Positions 1 to 12,118 of a stretch of 64,000 nucleotides of DNA are shown here, piece after piece. The DNA is taken from NCBI RefSeq assembly GCF_006345805.1, contig NC_043005.1, positions 3,844,001 through 3,908,000 on the forward strand, in the 5' to 3' direction. A program made the position numbers and the translations under genes. Each line of letters opens with the position of its first letter. The first letter of the stretch is position 1. Below the pieces are notes generated by a model. That model had not been told where the DNA came from and made no database searches. It worked only from the letters and a program-made list of their open reading frames with translations. Source of the DNA: Octopus sinensis (lineage: Eukaryota).

Positions 1-278
1 AAAGTATATAAGTATGGGCAACACAAGATATTACTTGCACAAGTATTCACTTAAATATCAAGGGCAATAGACCCTCAATGAGTCTATCTAAAGACATATG
101 GTGTTGGTTTGTTTACATCCCCGTAACTTAGTGGTTTAGCAAAGGAGACCAGCACTAAACTTAAAACAAAATTTAAGTACTGGGGATGATTTGTTCAACT
201 AATGCCTTCAAGCCAGAATGACCATAGTCCAAGTGGCCACTTATTCTATCAGTATCTTTTGCTGAACTACTAAGTTAT

Positions 279-1054
279 GGTTCTAGGTAAATTCCACCAG
301 GTAAATTTCACCAGAAGTAAATTTCACTATGGTATATTCCACCATGGTAAATTCCACTCATGGACAGACTTCCAATATAAGCTGCTCCTGTTAATAATCA
401 CCGTGGTCAGTTTCTTTAGACAGTGGGTCAATACCTATGTTATTTAATCTGTCTGTCTCTCAAGTCTTAAGAAGAGAGAGAGAGAGAGAAAATAATCATT
501 ATAATCTACTTGAACTGAGATGGGATCGCTTCGATGTGCTCACACTGAGCAAGAATTTATGAAAAGACTTGCTACAAAATTTCAAAATTTAAGCACACAT
601 TTTATTATAACAGTGAGGACATTGTGAAGCAGAGTTAGGATAAGAAAGTTTTGATTTGTTTTTGAAAAAATTTCTTAAGACAAATTGTGTGCAACACTTC
701 TTCAAAATTGCAGAGGATTTTCATTTTGATATTCCTGAACTGGCTTCTTCAGTCATGCATCAATAATTTGATAGGTCCTTTTCTTGTTGTTGAATGAAGT
801 TGTTTCTGTCTTGTAAATACTGTAAAACATTCTTATCTCTCTTTGAGTTTTTGCTTTGTTTAACAAGTTTCAATGAGTCTCTTTCTCATCCTGCTTCATC
901 CCCATTCAGCTGTTAACTTTGTATTCCCCGTCGGTTTCTTCGTCTGGTTGTTCCTTAATTATTTTTCCTCCCTCCTATTTTTTTTTGTATTCATTCATAT
1001 TAATATTATTTTTTATGCATTCTTTTTTACTTTCATAATATCATAACCCACATA

Positions 1055-1089
<35 letters not shown>

Positions 1090-1154
1090 AATTTCACCTA
1101 TGGTGAAATTTACCATAGTGGTGGAATATACTGTGGTGGAATTTACCAGTCACC
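279..1154 (-). mobile_element. Non-autonomous Mutator-like (MULE/foldback-type) DNA transposon inserted in a SINE
   Basis: Termini GGTTCTAGGTAAATTCCACC and (revcomp) GGTGACTGGTAAATTCCACC, with subterminal repeats of GGTAAATT(C/T)CACC at both ends. 8-bp TSD TAAGTTAT (271-278) / TAAGTTAC (1155-1162). The minus strand at ~785-675 reads KKRTYQIIDA*LKKPVQEYQNENPLQF*RSVAHNLS*, resembling the C-terminus of animal MULE transposases. Confidence 0.75.
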
Positions 1155-1237
1155 TAAGTTACAGGAATATAAACAAACCAACACCAGTTGTCAAGCAGTG
1201 GTGAATGACAAACATAGACACAAAGACACACACATAT

Positions 1238-1397
1238 ATCATCATCATCATCATTTAACGTCCACTTTCCATGCTGGCATGGGTTGGACAGTTGGACTGA
1301 GAGCTGGCAAGTCAGAAGGCTGTACCAGGCTCCAATCTGATCTGGCAGTGTTTCTACAGCTGGATGCCCTTCCTAATGCCAACCACTCCGAGAGTGT
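1238..1397 (-). mobile_element. 3' fragment of RTE LINE with (GAT)n tail
   Basis: Matches the LINE 3' terminus at 6860-7021 and sits in the central microsatellite of the SINE. Confidence 0.85.
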
Positions 1398-1884
1398 AAT
1401 ATATACATACAACAAGCTTCTTTTAGTTTCCACCTACCAAATCCATGCTCAAGGCTTTGGTTGGTCTGAGGCTATAGTAGATGACACTTGCTCAAGGTGA
1501 TAAACAGTGGGATTGAACCCAGAACCATGTGGTTGGGAAGTAAGCTTCTTACCACACAGCCTTGCCTGCACCTATATCTAAAAGAATACTAAAACAGGAT
1601 GGTCGTAGCTGGAACATCTTTGATCATAGGTCTGCTCGATCGGGGCTAGCCTGGTATTAAACAACAACAACAACAACAACAACATTAGGATCTGTTAAGG
1701 TGGGGTGGGGGCAGTGAGCCGGGATATGCTGAAGTATTTTGGAATGGTGAATAATTTCCCTAATGTTTCCCAGACCCCAACAACGCTAATCGTGGGAAAG
1801 TTCACCCTAAAGTCACAAAGTTGAAATTAATGACCAATTCACAATTCTATCTTCACAGCATCTTTAATGAGTTAAATAAAATTA

Positions 1885-2005
1885 GCAGTTGTTGCTGCTG
1901 GAAGTTGTTGTTGGTGGTGGTGGTGGTGATGGTGGTGGTGGTGATGGTGGTGGTGGTGGTGGTGAAGTTGGTGGTGGTGATGGTGGTGGCAGTGGTTGTT
2001 GTTTT
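1885..2005. repeat. (GGT/GTT)n trinucleotide microsatellite
   Basis: Seen directly. Confidence 0.9.
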
Positions 2006-2149
2006 TGCATTGTGAATTATTTGCAACATTGTTCCGGTGTGTGTGTGTATGTTTGTATGCTCAAGTGTGAGTGTATGCGTGTATGTGTCTGTTATGTGTG
2101 GTTGAGTGTGTGCGTGTTTGAGGGAGGAGGGGGTCATATGTGCTTCTAT

Positions 2150-2317
2150 GTTTATTTATGTAACTGTGTATGTGTGTATATTTGTATATGTTTGTGTATG
2201 TGCCTCAATGTGTGTATGTGTGTGTGTTTGTATGCTTGGGTGTGTGTGTGTGTGTGTGTGTCTGTATGCTCGGGTGCATGTGCGTGTGTATGTATGTGTA
2301 TGTATCTTTGTATGCTT

Positions 2318-2350
<33 letters not shown>

Positions 2351-2525
2351 TGTATGCTCGGGTGCATGTGTGTGTGTATGTATGTTTGTATGCTTGGGTG
2401 TGTGTGTGTGTGTCTGTATGCTCGGGTGCATGTATGTGTGTATGTATGTGTATGTATCTTTGTATGCTCGGGTGCATGTGTGTGTGTGTGTATCTGTATG
2501 CTCGGGTGTATGTCTGTGTGCTCAA
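2150..2525. repeat. Compound (TG)n array with higher-order ~80-bp periodicity
   Basis: Anchors TTTGTATGCTTGGG and TCTGTATGCTCGGGTGCATG alternate, separated by variable (TG)n, about 3.5 times. Confidence 0.85.
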
Positions 2526-2603
2526 ACGTATGTGAATATTCGAGTGTCATGTCTTTGGCACGTATAATCATTGAGCTTGCGAAAATAATTCATTAACCGA
2601 CAT

Positions 2604-2773
2604 TTAAACATATAAAAATCTGAAATTTCTGAAAGGCTGTCAATGTATTTCAATGAATTTTGACCTGACCAACTTTTAGTAAACGTTAAATATTTGTGAT
2701 GTTAATACGGTTAGAGTGAATGCATAATTTAACTGACAGTTGAGCCATCAGAAATTTCAGATTTACATGTTAA
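2604..2773. mobile_element. Short MITE-like inverted-repeat element
   Basis: Imperfect arms TTAAACATATAAAAATCTGAAATTTCTGA and TCAGAAATTTCAGATTTACATGTTAA. Confidence 0.5.
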
Positions 2774-2857
2774 GTGTTCACAGGTTTGTTTTTACTGGTT
2801 TTAATCAATTGACTGACATATATAATTATTTTATTTAATAATGCTCAATGACACTTA

Positions 2858-3558
2858 CAAGAGGGTGCTGAAAAGTTCCTGGCTTTAAGGTTGCTGCAAA
2901 GGGTGTAGGATTTGGGGTTATCTGTCTCTGTGTGATCTCTGCACTTGTAGGGTGCTTCATACGTTTTCCCTACAATGTTGTAGAAAGGAATAAAACAGCA
3001 GGAACACGAATCGCTGAACAAATAACAATAATGGTTTATTATTTCACAGAAGGAGATACTTCATCGCTGGTCATCGGTAGCATGAATGCCTGGGTTAGGA
3101 AAAGCAGCAGAGTAGGGATTAAATCACCATGGTTAAAACTGTCTTCACCACCCGCGGAGAGTTTGGTTCGCCCTTCAAGTCTGGTTCGCCCCTTCACTTG
3201 GAGCCTTGTCGGGACACGTCTTAATTCATCGACTGCCAAGAGTCAAGAGGCTTGGAATAGCGGGAAAGGCTAACTGCTCCTGATTACTGCTCATGCACAT
3301 CAGGGGACTTCTGGTGGCCTACCGGAAGACACCAAACATTGCACATGCGCAGATGGATATCCCAAAATGGCATCTAAAACCTGGCGTCACTACAAAGGCC
3401 TGGCTGGAGGCCCATCCTTCTGAGTTCTTTTTCAGGGATTAGAAAAACTGAAGGACCACTCCAATCTGAGAGGGGAATGTGTTGAATAGAATCATAATTA
3501 ACCGATCCTCCTGGATTTTTTTTAATCCCAAAACTGGGAACTTTTCAGCATCCCCTTG
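2858..3558 (+). mobile_element. mariner-derived MITE with a nested insertion
   Basis: TA-flanked TIRs CAAGAGGGTGCTGAAAAGTTCC / GGAACTTTTCAGCATCCCCTTG. An uninterrupted relative lies at 16288-16494. Confidence 0.85.
2904..3394 (-). mobile_element. Probable solo LTR (491 bp)
   Basis: Begins TGTAG and ends CTACA, flanked by AAGGG / AAGGC (5-bp TSD, one mismatch). It is absent from the sister MITE at 16.3 kb. AATAAA occurs on the minus strand near 3035-3040. Orientation is tentative. Confidence 0.7.
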
Positions 3559-3619
3559 TAATGTTGATGGAACTGGGCTTTTCTGAAATCAGATGCTTTC
3601 TGGGAATTTAATTCTTTCA

Positions 3620-3937
3620 TCTTTCACTTGTTTCAGTCACTGGACTGTGGCCATGCTGGGGCACCACCTTGAAGGGTCTTTAGTTGAGCAAATCAACCCC
3701 AGTACTTCTTTTTTTTTTGAAAGTCTGATACTTATTTTATTAGTCTCTTTTGCTGAACTGCAAAGTTACAAGGACACACACACACACACACACGAGGGGT
3801 TTCTTTCAGTTTTCGCCTAACAAATACACTAATAAAGTTTTGGTCTGCCCAACACACTTGCCCAAAGTACCACACAGTTGGACTGAACCTAGAACCATGT
3901 GGTTGGCAAACAAACTTCTTACCACACAGCCACACCT
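3620..3937 (-). mobile_element. SINE family B copy (internally deleted)
   Basis: Homology to the other family-B copies; central (CA)n. Confidence 0.75.
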
Positions 3938-4474
3938 AGAAAAATCATCACCAAGCTTTTAAAGTTTCCAAACACCATTCAACACTTCTTAGGAGGAAAT
4001 GTTGTTAACGACATGAAGTGAAAACCCCTCTATCTGTGGACTAATCCATCCTCTAAGGCTATGCTGAGTTTAATCTACCTACAGATCTGCTGTTGAAATA
4101 AAAAGGGTTGGAACGAAGACTGCAAGTGATTTTGGAGATTGTGCTTCTGTTTAGATTTTGGGCCTATGGTGAAGAATAGTGCCATGGAGTAAATTGTGGA
4201 TGGATGCAATTCTACAATTTCCAATGTAAATTAATATTGACATGAATGGATGACAAAGTTAGGAGAGATTCATCCTCTGTATATACACATACATACAGAA
4301 GACAACTGGAGGTCTCTAAGGGACAACCTGCTGAGAACCACTGACCAGATCTGTGGTTCGTGCAAAGTCCCCTCAAGACCCAAAATAACATGATGGTGGA
4401 ACAATATTGTTGACAGGGCTATTAGACAAAAGAAACAAGCTTGGAAGGACTGGAAGAACGGTGGTAGCAGGGAA

Positions 4475-6416
4475 GTGTATCAGACTGCCAGAAGGGAAGC
4501 TAGGAGGCAGGTGTATTTAGCCAGAGGGGAAGCAGATAAGAAAAAATTTGCCAATGTTCTTCGCCGTGAAGATGAAAGACTTGAGGTATTTCGTGTTGCA
4601 AGACAGTGTGTGAGAGAGAATCATGATGTGGTAGGAGAGAAATGTGTTCGCATGGATGATGGTTCACTTGCGCTAAATGAGGATGCAAAGAGAGAGGTTT
4701 GGAGATGCCACTATGAAAGGTTGCTGAATAAAGAAAATGAATGGGATAAAGAGAGTCTGCCGAATGTTGACCCAGCAGAGGGACCAGCTATCCGAGTTGA
4801 CTGTTCCTTGGTAGTTAAGGCAATTAGAAGCATGAAGACAGGTAAAGCCCCAGGCCCATCAGGAATCACTGCAGAGATGCTCAAAATATCTGGTAGTATC
4901 GGCTATAGCCTAGTCACCTGTATAGTTAACCAGGTGATACACGAAGGAGTCATTCCAAATGACTGGTGTAGCAGCATAATAGTCAACTGCTACAAAGGTA
5001 AAGGTGACACCCTAGATACAAATAATTACAGGGGTATCAAGCTGTTGGATCAGGTGATGAAGGTTACAGAGAGGGTCATAAGCCAACTAATTAGAGAGAG
5101 AGTTAGTTTAGATGAGATGCAGTTTGGGTTCGTGCCAGGGAAAAGTACCACTGATGCTATATTCCTGGTAAGGCAGCTGCAGGAGAAATACCTAGCCAAA
5201 GATAAGCCCCTGAACCTGGCTTTTGTTGACATGGAGAAAGCCTTCGACAGGGTCCCCCGATCCCTCATCTGGTGGTCAATGAAGAAACTAGGGATAGATG
5301 AATGGTTAGTGAGAGCTGTGCGAGCCATGTACAGGGACACTGCTAGTAAGGTGAGGGTTGGCAATGAGTACAGTGAAGAATTCCAGGTAGAGGTTGGGGT
5401 CCACCAAGATTCAGTCCTCAGCCCCCTCCTATTTATCATAGTCCTCCAGGCAATAACGGAGGAATACAAGACAGGATGCCCCTGGGAGCTCCTATATGCT
5501 GATGACCTTGCTCTAATTGCTGAGTCACTATCAGAACTGGAGGAGAGGTTTCAGGTGTGGAAGCAAGGATTAGAATCGAAGGGCCTTAGAGTCAACCTAG
5601 CTAAAACCAAAGTCGTAATCAGTAGGAAGGTAGACAAATCACAAATGCCTTCAGGTAGATGGCCCTACTCGATCTGTAGAAAAGGCGTAGGTAGAAACTC
5701 TATAAGATGCACCAAGTGTAAGCTATGGACACATAAGAGGTGCAGCAATGTCAAAGGAAGGCTAACTAGGAAGATGGTTTTTGTATGTGGCAGATGCTCA
5801 GGAGCAATAAACACATTCCAGGGAGAAAAACTAGAAATGGTTGATAGCTTCCGTTACATAGGTGACCAAGTCAGTAGCGGGGGCGGGTGTGCTGAAAGTG
5901 TAACTGCTAGAGTAAGAATAGCCTGGACAAAGTTCAGAGAGCTCTTACCCCCCGCTGGTGACAAAAGGCCTCTCGCTGAGAGTAAAAGGCAGACTGCATG
6001 ACGCATGTGTACGAACAGCCATGCTACATGGTGATGAAACATGGGCCATGACTGCTGAGGATATGCGTAAGCTCGCAAGAAATGAAGCCAGTATGCTCTG
6101 ATGGATGTGTAATGTCAGTACTTGACAGAGTGTAAGTACCTTGAGAGAAAAGTTGGACCTAAGAAGCATCAGTTGTGGTGTGCAAGAGAGACGTTTGCGC
6201 TGGTATGGTCATGTGACGAGAATGGATGTGGATAGTTGTGTGAAAAAGTGCCACACCCTAGCGGTTGAGGGAACCTGTGGAAGAGGCAGACCCAGGAAAA
6301 CTTGGGGCGAGGTGGTGAAGCATGACCTTTGAACTTTAGGTCTCGCTGAGGAAATGACTAGAGACCGAGACCTATGGATGTATGCTGTGCGTGAGAAGAC
6401 CCGGCAGGACAAGTGA
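4475..6416 (+). pseudogene. RTE reverse transcriptase ORF remnant with embedded PHD-like finger (frameshifts and stops after ~5950)
   Basis: 508-aa ORF 4475-6001 plus downstream fragments (6141-6332). Confidence 0.9.
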
Positions 6417-6574
6417 GGCCATAACCCATGGCCTCTACCTGGGATGTAGCTAGTCCACTTATGCATACTTTTCCTTCTTGGGACACAAAACTCTACTTGT
6501 GAAGACCTGTTGAGGCAAGTGCGAATCAGAATCAAAATCAAAATCGATCAACATCAATGGAAATTGTAGCTGTG

Positions 6575-6860
6575 ATACCAGTGCCGGTGGCACGTAAGAG
6601 AACCATCCGAACGTGGCTGTTGCCAGCACCACCCCGACGGGCATCTGTGCCGGTGGCACGTTAAAAGCACCATCCGATTGTGGCCGTTGCCAACCTTGCC
6701 TGGCCCCCATGCTGGTGGCACATTAAAAGCACCATCCGATTGCGGCTGTTGCCAACCTTGCCTGGCCCCCATGCTGGTGGCACGTAAAAAGCACCATCTG
6801 ACCGTGGCCGTTTGCCAGCCCCGTCTGGCACCTGTGCCGGTGGCACGTAAAAAGCACCCA
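6575..6860 (+). repeat. VNTR-like ~55-65-bp tandem units in the RTE 3'UTR
   Basis: Five copies of GC(C/T)GGTGGCAC(G/A)T(T/A)AA..(GC/A)ACC with variable linkers. Confidence 0.85.
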
Positions 6861-7182
6861 CTACACTCACGGAGTGGTTGGCGTTAGGAAGGGCATCCAG
6901 CCGTAGAAACACTGCCAGATCAGACTGGGCTTGGTGCAGCCTTCTAGCTTCCCAGACCCCAGTTGAACCGTCCAACCCATGCTAACATGGAAAGCGGACG
7001 CTAAATGATGATGATGATGATACATATATGCTTGTGTGTGTGTGTGTGTGTGTGTATGTATATATATACACACATGTACATATGCATATATAACCACACA
7101 CATGCATATGTAAGCATGTGTATCTGTTTTTCCCTCCCTCTCTCTCTCTCTCTCTCTCTCCATATATGTGTATGTGTGTGTA

Positions 7183-7229
<47 letters not shown>

Positions 7230-7303
7230 GTAGCTCACACTTAAACAATGGGTGTGAATGTAAACAAGAATACGCTTGTGTTGGGTGGAGGAGGGGGGCA
7301 TGC

Positions 7304-7346
<43 letters not shown>

Positions 7347-7672
7347 AAAGAGGAAGAAGAGTGAAGGAGCAACAGAGAATATGGTGCAAGATGAATGGAG
7401 ATTTAGAAAATATAAACAATCACTTGAGATGAAAGGAGAAGAATATTGGTGAGATTTAGAAGAGGAGGGGAAGTAGAAAACTGTGGAAGGTAAAGACAGG
7501 CAGACAGCCAGACAGACCGACAGTAACATGGATGGATGGAAGGATGGACAGAGAGACAGACAGACAGACAGATGGATAGGTAGGTAATATGTGTGCGAGT
7601 GATTGTGTGTGTGTGTATAGGTATATAGATAACACTAGGCATATCTCTATCTACCTGATATGATATATATAT

Positions 7673-7708
<36 letters not shown>

Positions 7709-8049
7709 GACATACAGACAACACACACACACACACATATATAGAGAGACAGTGGGGAGGGGGAATGGAGTAAATAGATAGACATGTAGAAAGATAGGTA
7801 GAAAGAGGAAGGGAGAACATGAGAGATGAGATGTGAGGGGGAGGAGGACAAGCTGGAAAGCGAGGCAGAAGAGTCTGAAAAAGAGATGAGATGATAGGAA
7901 AGGAGGGGAGGAGGTGTGAGCGCATGTCTGTGGTAGATAAGGAAACTGTTTATCTGATGTGCTAAGGTTTGAAACATTAGCAAAAGAAGAGGGGAGGGTG
8001 TTTTTTTTGGGGGGGGGGAAGGATTGGAGTAGGCAGAGAGTCAAGAATT

Positions 8050-8327
8050 GATAGTAATGGTGGCGGTGGGGTGGTGGTGGTGGTGGAGATAGTAGCAGTA
8101 TAGGTGGTAGTAGGGATAGTAGTGGGAGTGGTAGTTGTGTTGGAAGTAGTAGTAGTAGTAGCAGAAGTGGTGGTGGTGGTGGTGGTGGTACAAGTAGTTA
8201 CTACAGTGTTGACACTAGCGGAATTGTGGTGATGTTGTTGGCGGCGGCGGCAGTAGTAGTAGTAGTAGTAGTAGTCGTAGTAGTAGTATTATTAGTAGTA
8301 GTAGTAGAGGTGGTGGTGGTGGTAGTG

Positions 8328-8366
<39 letters not shown>

Positions 8367-8405
8367 TGGTGATGGTGGCAAGGTTGGTAGTTATGATGAT
8401 GTTGG
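8050..8405. repeat. (GGT)n/(AGT)n compound microsatellite
   Basis: Seen directly. Confidence 0.9.
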
Positions 8406-8789
8406 TACTGATAGTAGGGGTAGCAGTTATTGCTGTAACTATTTAACCCCAGGCCAATCCTGATTGAGCAACCATATGATCAAAGGAATCCCAACTATGA
8501 CCTTCCAGTCAGTTTTTAAGTACAATGTATCCAGGGAGACTGCATTATCCTATTCTTATGAGTATGATTTGAGGGAGATATAAGGCTGCTGTTTTTAGCG
8601 AGTCAAGTGATCTTGTAGAAGTACCCAAGGTGTGGTTGCTGTTTGTGAGAGCGGAGATGTTTTGGAAAGAGTGTGGTGGTGGTGGTGGTGTGGGAGCGAT
8701 TGTTATCAATGTGATGGTGAAGATGATGATGATGATGATAATGATGATGATGACTGCAGAGATTAATGAGAATAAAAACTAGATGCCTT

Positions 8790-8822
<33 letters not shown>

Positions 8823-8905
8823 ATGAATATAAATATATATGTCTATATACATGTATGTATGTGTGTATGCACGTATGTATAAATATGTATGCATGTATGT
8901 ATATA

Positions 8906-8966
<61 letters not shown>

Positions 8967-9086
8967 TTTATACATATACATACGTATTTATATACATACG
9001 TATTTATATACATATGTATGCATATGCATATATAAATATGATATATATAAATATTATATATATATTATATTATATATAATATATAT

Positions 9087-9134
<48 letters not shown>

Positions 9135-9200
9135 ATATAGATAGATAGATATATGCATATATCTATGTATGCGTGTACAGACACACATATATGTGTATGT
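8790..9200. repeat. (GT)n/(AT)n compound microsatellite
   Basis: Seen directly. Confidence 0.9.
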
Positions 9201-9703
9201 GTATCTGTGATAACAGTTATGAGCGTGCTATATCTACACAGAATGAGAGCACCCTAAAACAGATTGGTTGAGCTTAATTATGTAATATAATCATCTGTTA
9301 AATTACAATTCTAATTGGATTCAAACTGTTTCCTGCATCATCTAATAATTGCCATGGGGAGCAGGGGGTCACCACTTCCTTGTACAAAAGACTAAGGTTT
9401 TTAGTTTATTTTTTTTTTGTTTGTTTGTTTTCTTTTTGAGCCCCAGAATGGCCCAATGAGTGCATTACACAATTTTGAAAATGCATGAAACAGCCTATAC
9501 TCAGTAAAAATTGTAATCCAATTCATTATTTTATGTGTGTGTGTGTGTGTGTGTGTATGTACATATACACACTCATATATATATATACGTACTCACATAT
9601 ATTATGGTAAGAAGTTTGCTTACCAACCACTTGGTTCGGGGCTCAATTCCATTGTATGGCACCTTGGGCAAAGCCTTGTGAAGAGATTTGATGGATGGAA
9701 ACA

Positions 9704-9758
<55 letters not shown>

Positions 9759-10076
9759 CATGATCATAATCACGATCCTTTAACGTCTGTTTTACATGCT
9801 GATATGGGTTGGACGGTTTGACTAGAGCCAGAGAGCTGCCCCATGTTCCAGTCTGATTTGGTTTGGTTTCCATGGCTGGGTGCCCTTCCTAACACCAACC
9901 ACTCCGAGAGTGTGTATTGGGTGCTTTTAACATGCCACCAGCATGAACACTTTTAATGTGGCACTGCCAATATAATAGATGCACTTATATAGTTATTATA
10001 TACATATACATGCACATACACATGGGCATGTGTATCTCTCTCTTTCTCTTTCTGTATTTGTATGTATGTATGTGTG

Positions 10077-10107
<31 letters not shown>

Positions 10108-10211
10108 ATTTATAGCATGAATAACCCTCACTGGACTGTGTTAGTAGTTCAAAATTTATTCCAAACACCAAACTATGTTTGTAGCTTCCAACTGATATCT
10201 GTTTCCTGCAG

Positions 10212-10331
10212 GAAGATTAACTTCTGTGGCAAAGTCAGAAGTGTGGCATTATCCAAGAAATAATGCCAAGAACGAAATCAATTCTACCACTGTGCTTGTA
10301 GAATCTGCCTTGTATGAGTTGGCTATTTATG
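10212..10331 (+). CDS. Candidate 120-nt internal coding exon (phase 1/1) of an unidentified host gene
   Basis: Acceptor gtttcctgcag, donor G|gtgagg, open frame RLTSVAKSEVWHYPRNNAKNEINSTTVLVESALYELAIY in unique-looking sequence. No homology recognised. Confidence 0.3.
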
Positions 10332-10987
10332 GTGAGGAATAGAAACAGCGAAGAGTAAAGGAAGTGAGGAAAGAAGGCAAAGAATCGGCTGCTAAAGTCT
10401 GAAATACAATGGCAGCTGACTATTATTAAGAGTGGACATGGCTGTATGGTTGAGAGGCTTGCTTCCAACCATGTGGTCTTGGGTTCAGTTCTGCTGCGCA
10501 GCACCTTGGGCAAGTGTCTTCTACTAAAGCCCCAAATGGACACAAAACCTTGTGAGTGGATTTCATAGATGGCAACTGAAAGAAGCTCTTGATATATATG
10601 TTTGTGTGCCCCCATGGATAAATATGATATGACAGTTGTAAATGAGTATCACCATCATATAAGTGAGGTTGTTCCTTGTTTAGAAACATGTGAGGGTTGG
10701 TAACAGGAAGGGCATCTGCTTGTAGGAAAGCTACCTTAACAAACTCCATCTGGACCATAAAAGCATGGAAAAGTGGTTGCTAAATGAGGATGATGATGAT
10801 GATTGGTGATGAATGTTGGCACCATTGAAGTAAAAACTGAAATCAAAATAGGAACAGAGTTTACAATGAAATCAAAATCAAACTTTTAGAAGTAATTAGT
10901 TGGGCAAAGATCTCCATAAAGTTAAAACATAATTCCATTTATGTTGTAATCCAAAATTTCATAATTTCTATTTGTTGGAATTTTGTT

Positions 10988-11186
10988 TCATCATCATCAT
11001 CATCGTTTAACGTCTGCTTTCCATGCTGGCATGGGTTGGACGGTTCGACTGGGGTCTGAGAAGCCAGGAGTCTGCACCAGGCCCAGTCTGATCTGGCAGT
11101 GTTTCTACAGCTGGATGCCCTTCCTAATGCCAACCACTCCGAAAGTGTAGTGGGTGCTTTTTATGTGCCACCGGCACAGGTGCCGT
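10988..11186 (-). mobile_element. RTE 3' fragment
   Basis: Matches the LINE 3' end, with (CAT)n on the plus strand. Confidence 0.85.
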
Positions 11187-11344
11187 CTGTTTGTTGTTTA
11201 TTTTTTTCTTTGCCTGGAAGTTTTAATGAGACTACAAATGAGTTTTTAATTAGAATTTAGCTTTTAGTTTTATTCAGAAAATTCTTTGTTATGGATTGAA
11301 ATATATTTTGTTTTTGGTAAAATTTATTTGACAGTACAGTTCTA

Positions 11345-11710
11345 TTACATGGCAGCTTGGGCAAGGGTCTGGCACCATAGGTCCTGGCTGTCATGGCTTT
11401 GCGAATGGATTGGGTAGACAGAAACTGTGTGAAAGCACATTGTGCATGTGTGTGTACGCGTGCACGTGTGCATGTATGTGTCTTTGTGTTTTTGCTCTCC
11501 TTCACCTCCCACCAATGACAACTGCTGTTGGTTTGTTTACATCCCTGTAATTTAGTGATTCAGCAAAAGAGACCAACAGAGTAAGTGCCAGATTTTAAAG
11601 ACAGAGTGAAAAAAAGATCTGGGGTCAATTTGTTAGACTAAAACCCTTCAAAGGGGTGTCCCAGTATGGCTGCTGTCCAATGACTGAAACAAGTAATAGA
11701 TAAAAGACAG
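11345..11710 (+). mobile_element. Diverged SINE family B copy
   Basis: CTTGGGCAAG core, central (TG)n, 3' half ending AATGACTGAAACAAGTAA. Confidence 0.65.
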
Positions 11711-12075
11711 AAAACTACAAAGGCTTCCAAAACACTCGACATCGTCCCCCAAATACCCTCTCCGTTCCCTCCTACTTAAGTGCATTCATCGTATTTTAGG
11801 TTTAGAAACATTACAATACTAACCTCTTTCAAACCAAGTATATGAAAGATAGTCATCCCAACTGCTTGACAACTGCTGTTGGTTTGTTTACATCTCTCTA
11901 ACTTAGCAGTTTGGCAAAAGAAACCTTTAGAATAAGTACCAGATCAATTTGGGGTCAATTTGGCAAAAAACCCTTCAAAGTAGTGCCCCAGTATGCCCGT
12001 AGTTCAATGACTGGAATATGTAAGATATAAAAGATATAAGCCATATCTGTCTGTCTGTCTGTCTATCTAAGTATC

Positions 12076-12116
<41 letters not shown>

Positions 12117-12118
<2 letters not shown>

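Larger units (their letters stand above)
241..1572 (-). mobile_element. tRNA-headed SINE (family B), split by two nested insertions
   Basis: Pieces 241-278, 1155-1235 and ~1400-1572 join to match other family-B copies (e.g. 39130-39530). The head has A-box TGGCTGTGTGG-like and B-box GGTTCAATCC motifs. Confidence 0.75.
4298..7021 (+). mobile_element. 5'-truncated RTE-clade non-LTR retrotransposon (LINE), copy 1
   Basis: RT motifs KAPGPSGI, YKGKGD..NYRGI.LL, QFGF, FVDMEKAFD, GVHQDSVLSP, YADD; C-terminal GRPRKTW; stop at 6414-6416; 3'UTR with tandem units; (GAT)n tail. Confidence 0.95.

Noticed and set aside
1821-2596. Cys/Val-, His/Thr- and Gly-rich ORFs
   Set aside because: These are translations of (TG)n and (GGT)n microsatellites; the same applies to the YI-repeat ORFs throughout the window.
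9221-9503. Possible Sola-like MITE with GAG...CTC ends
   Set aside because: The terminal match is short and degenerate, with no clear TSD or second copy.
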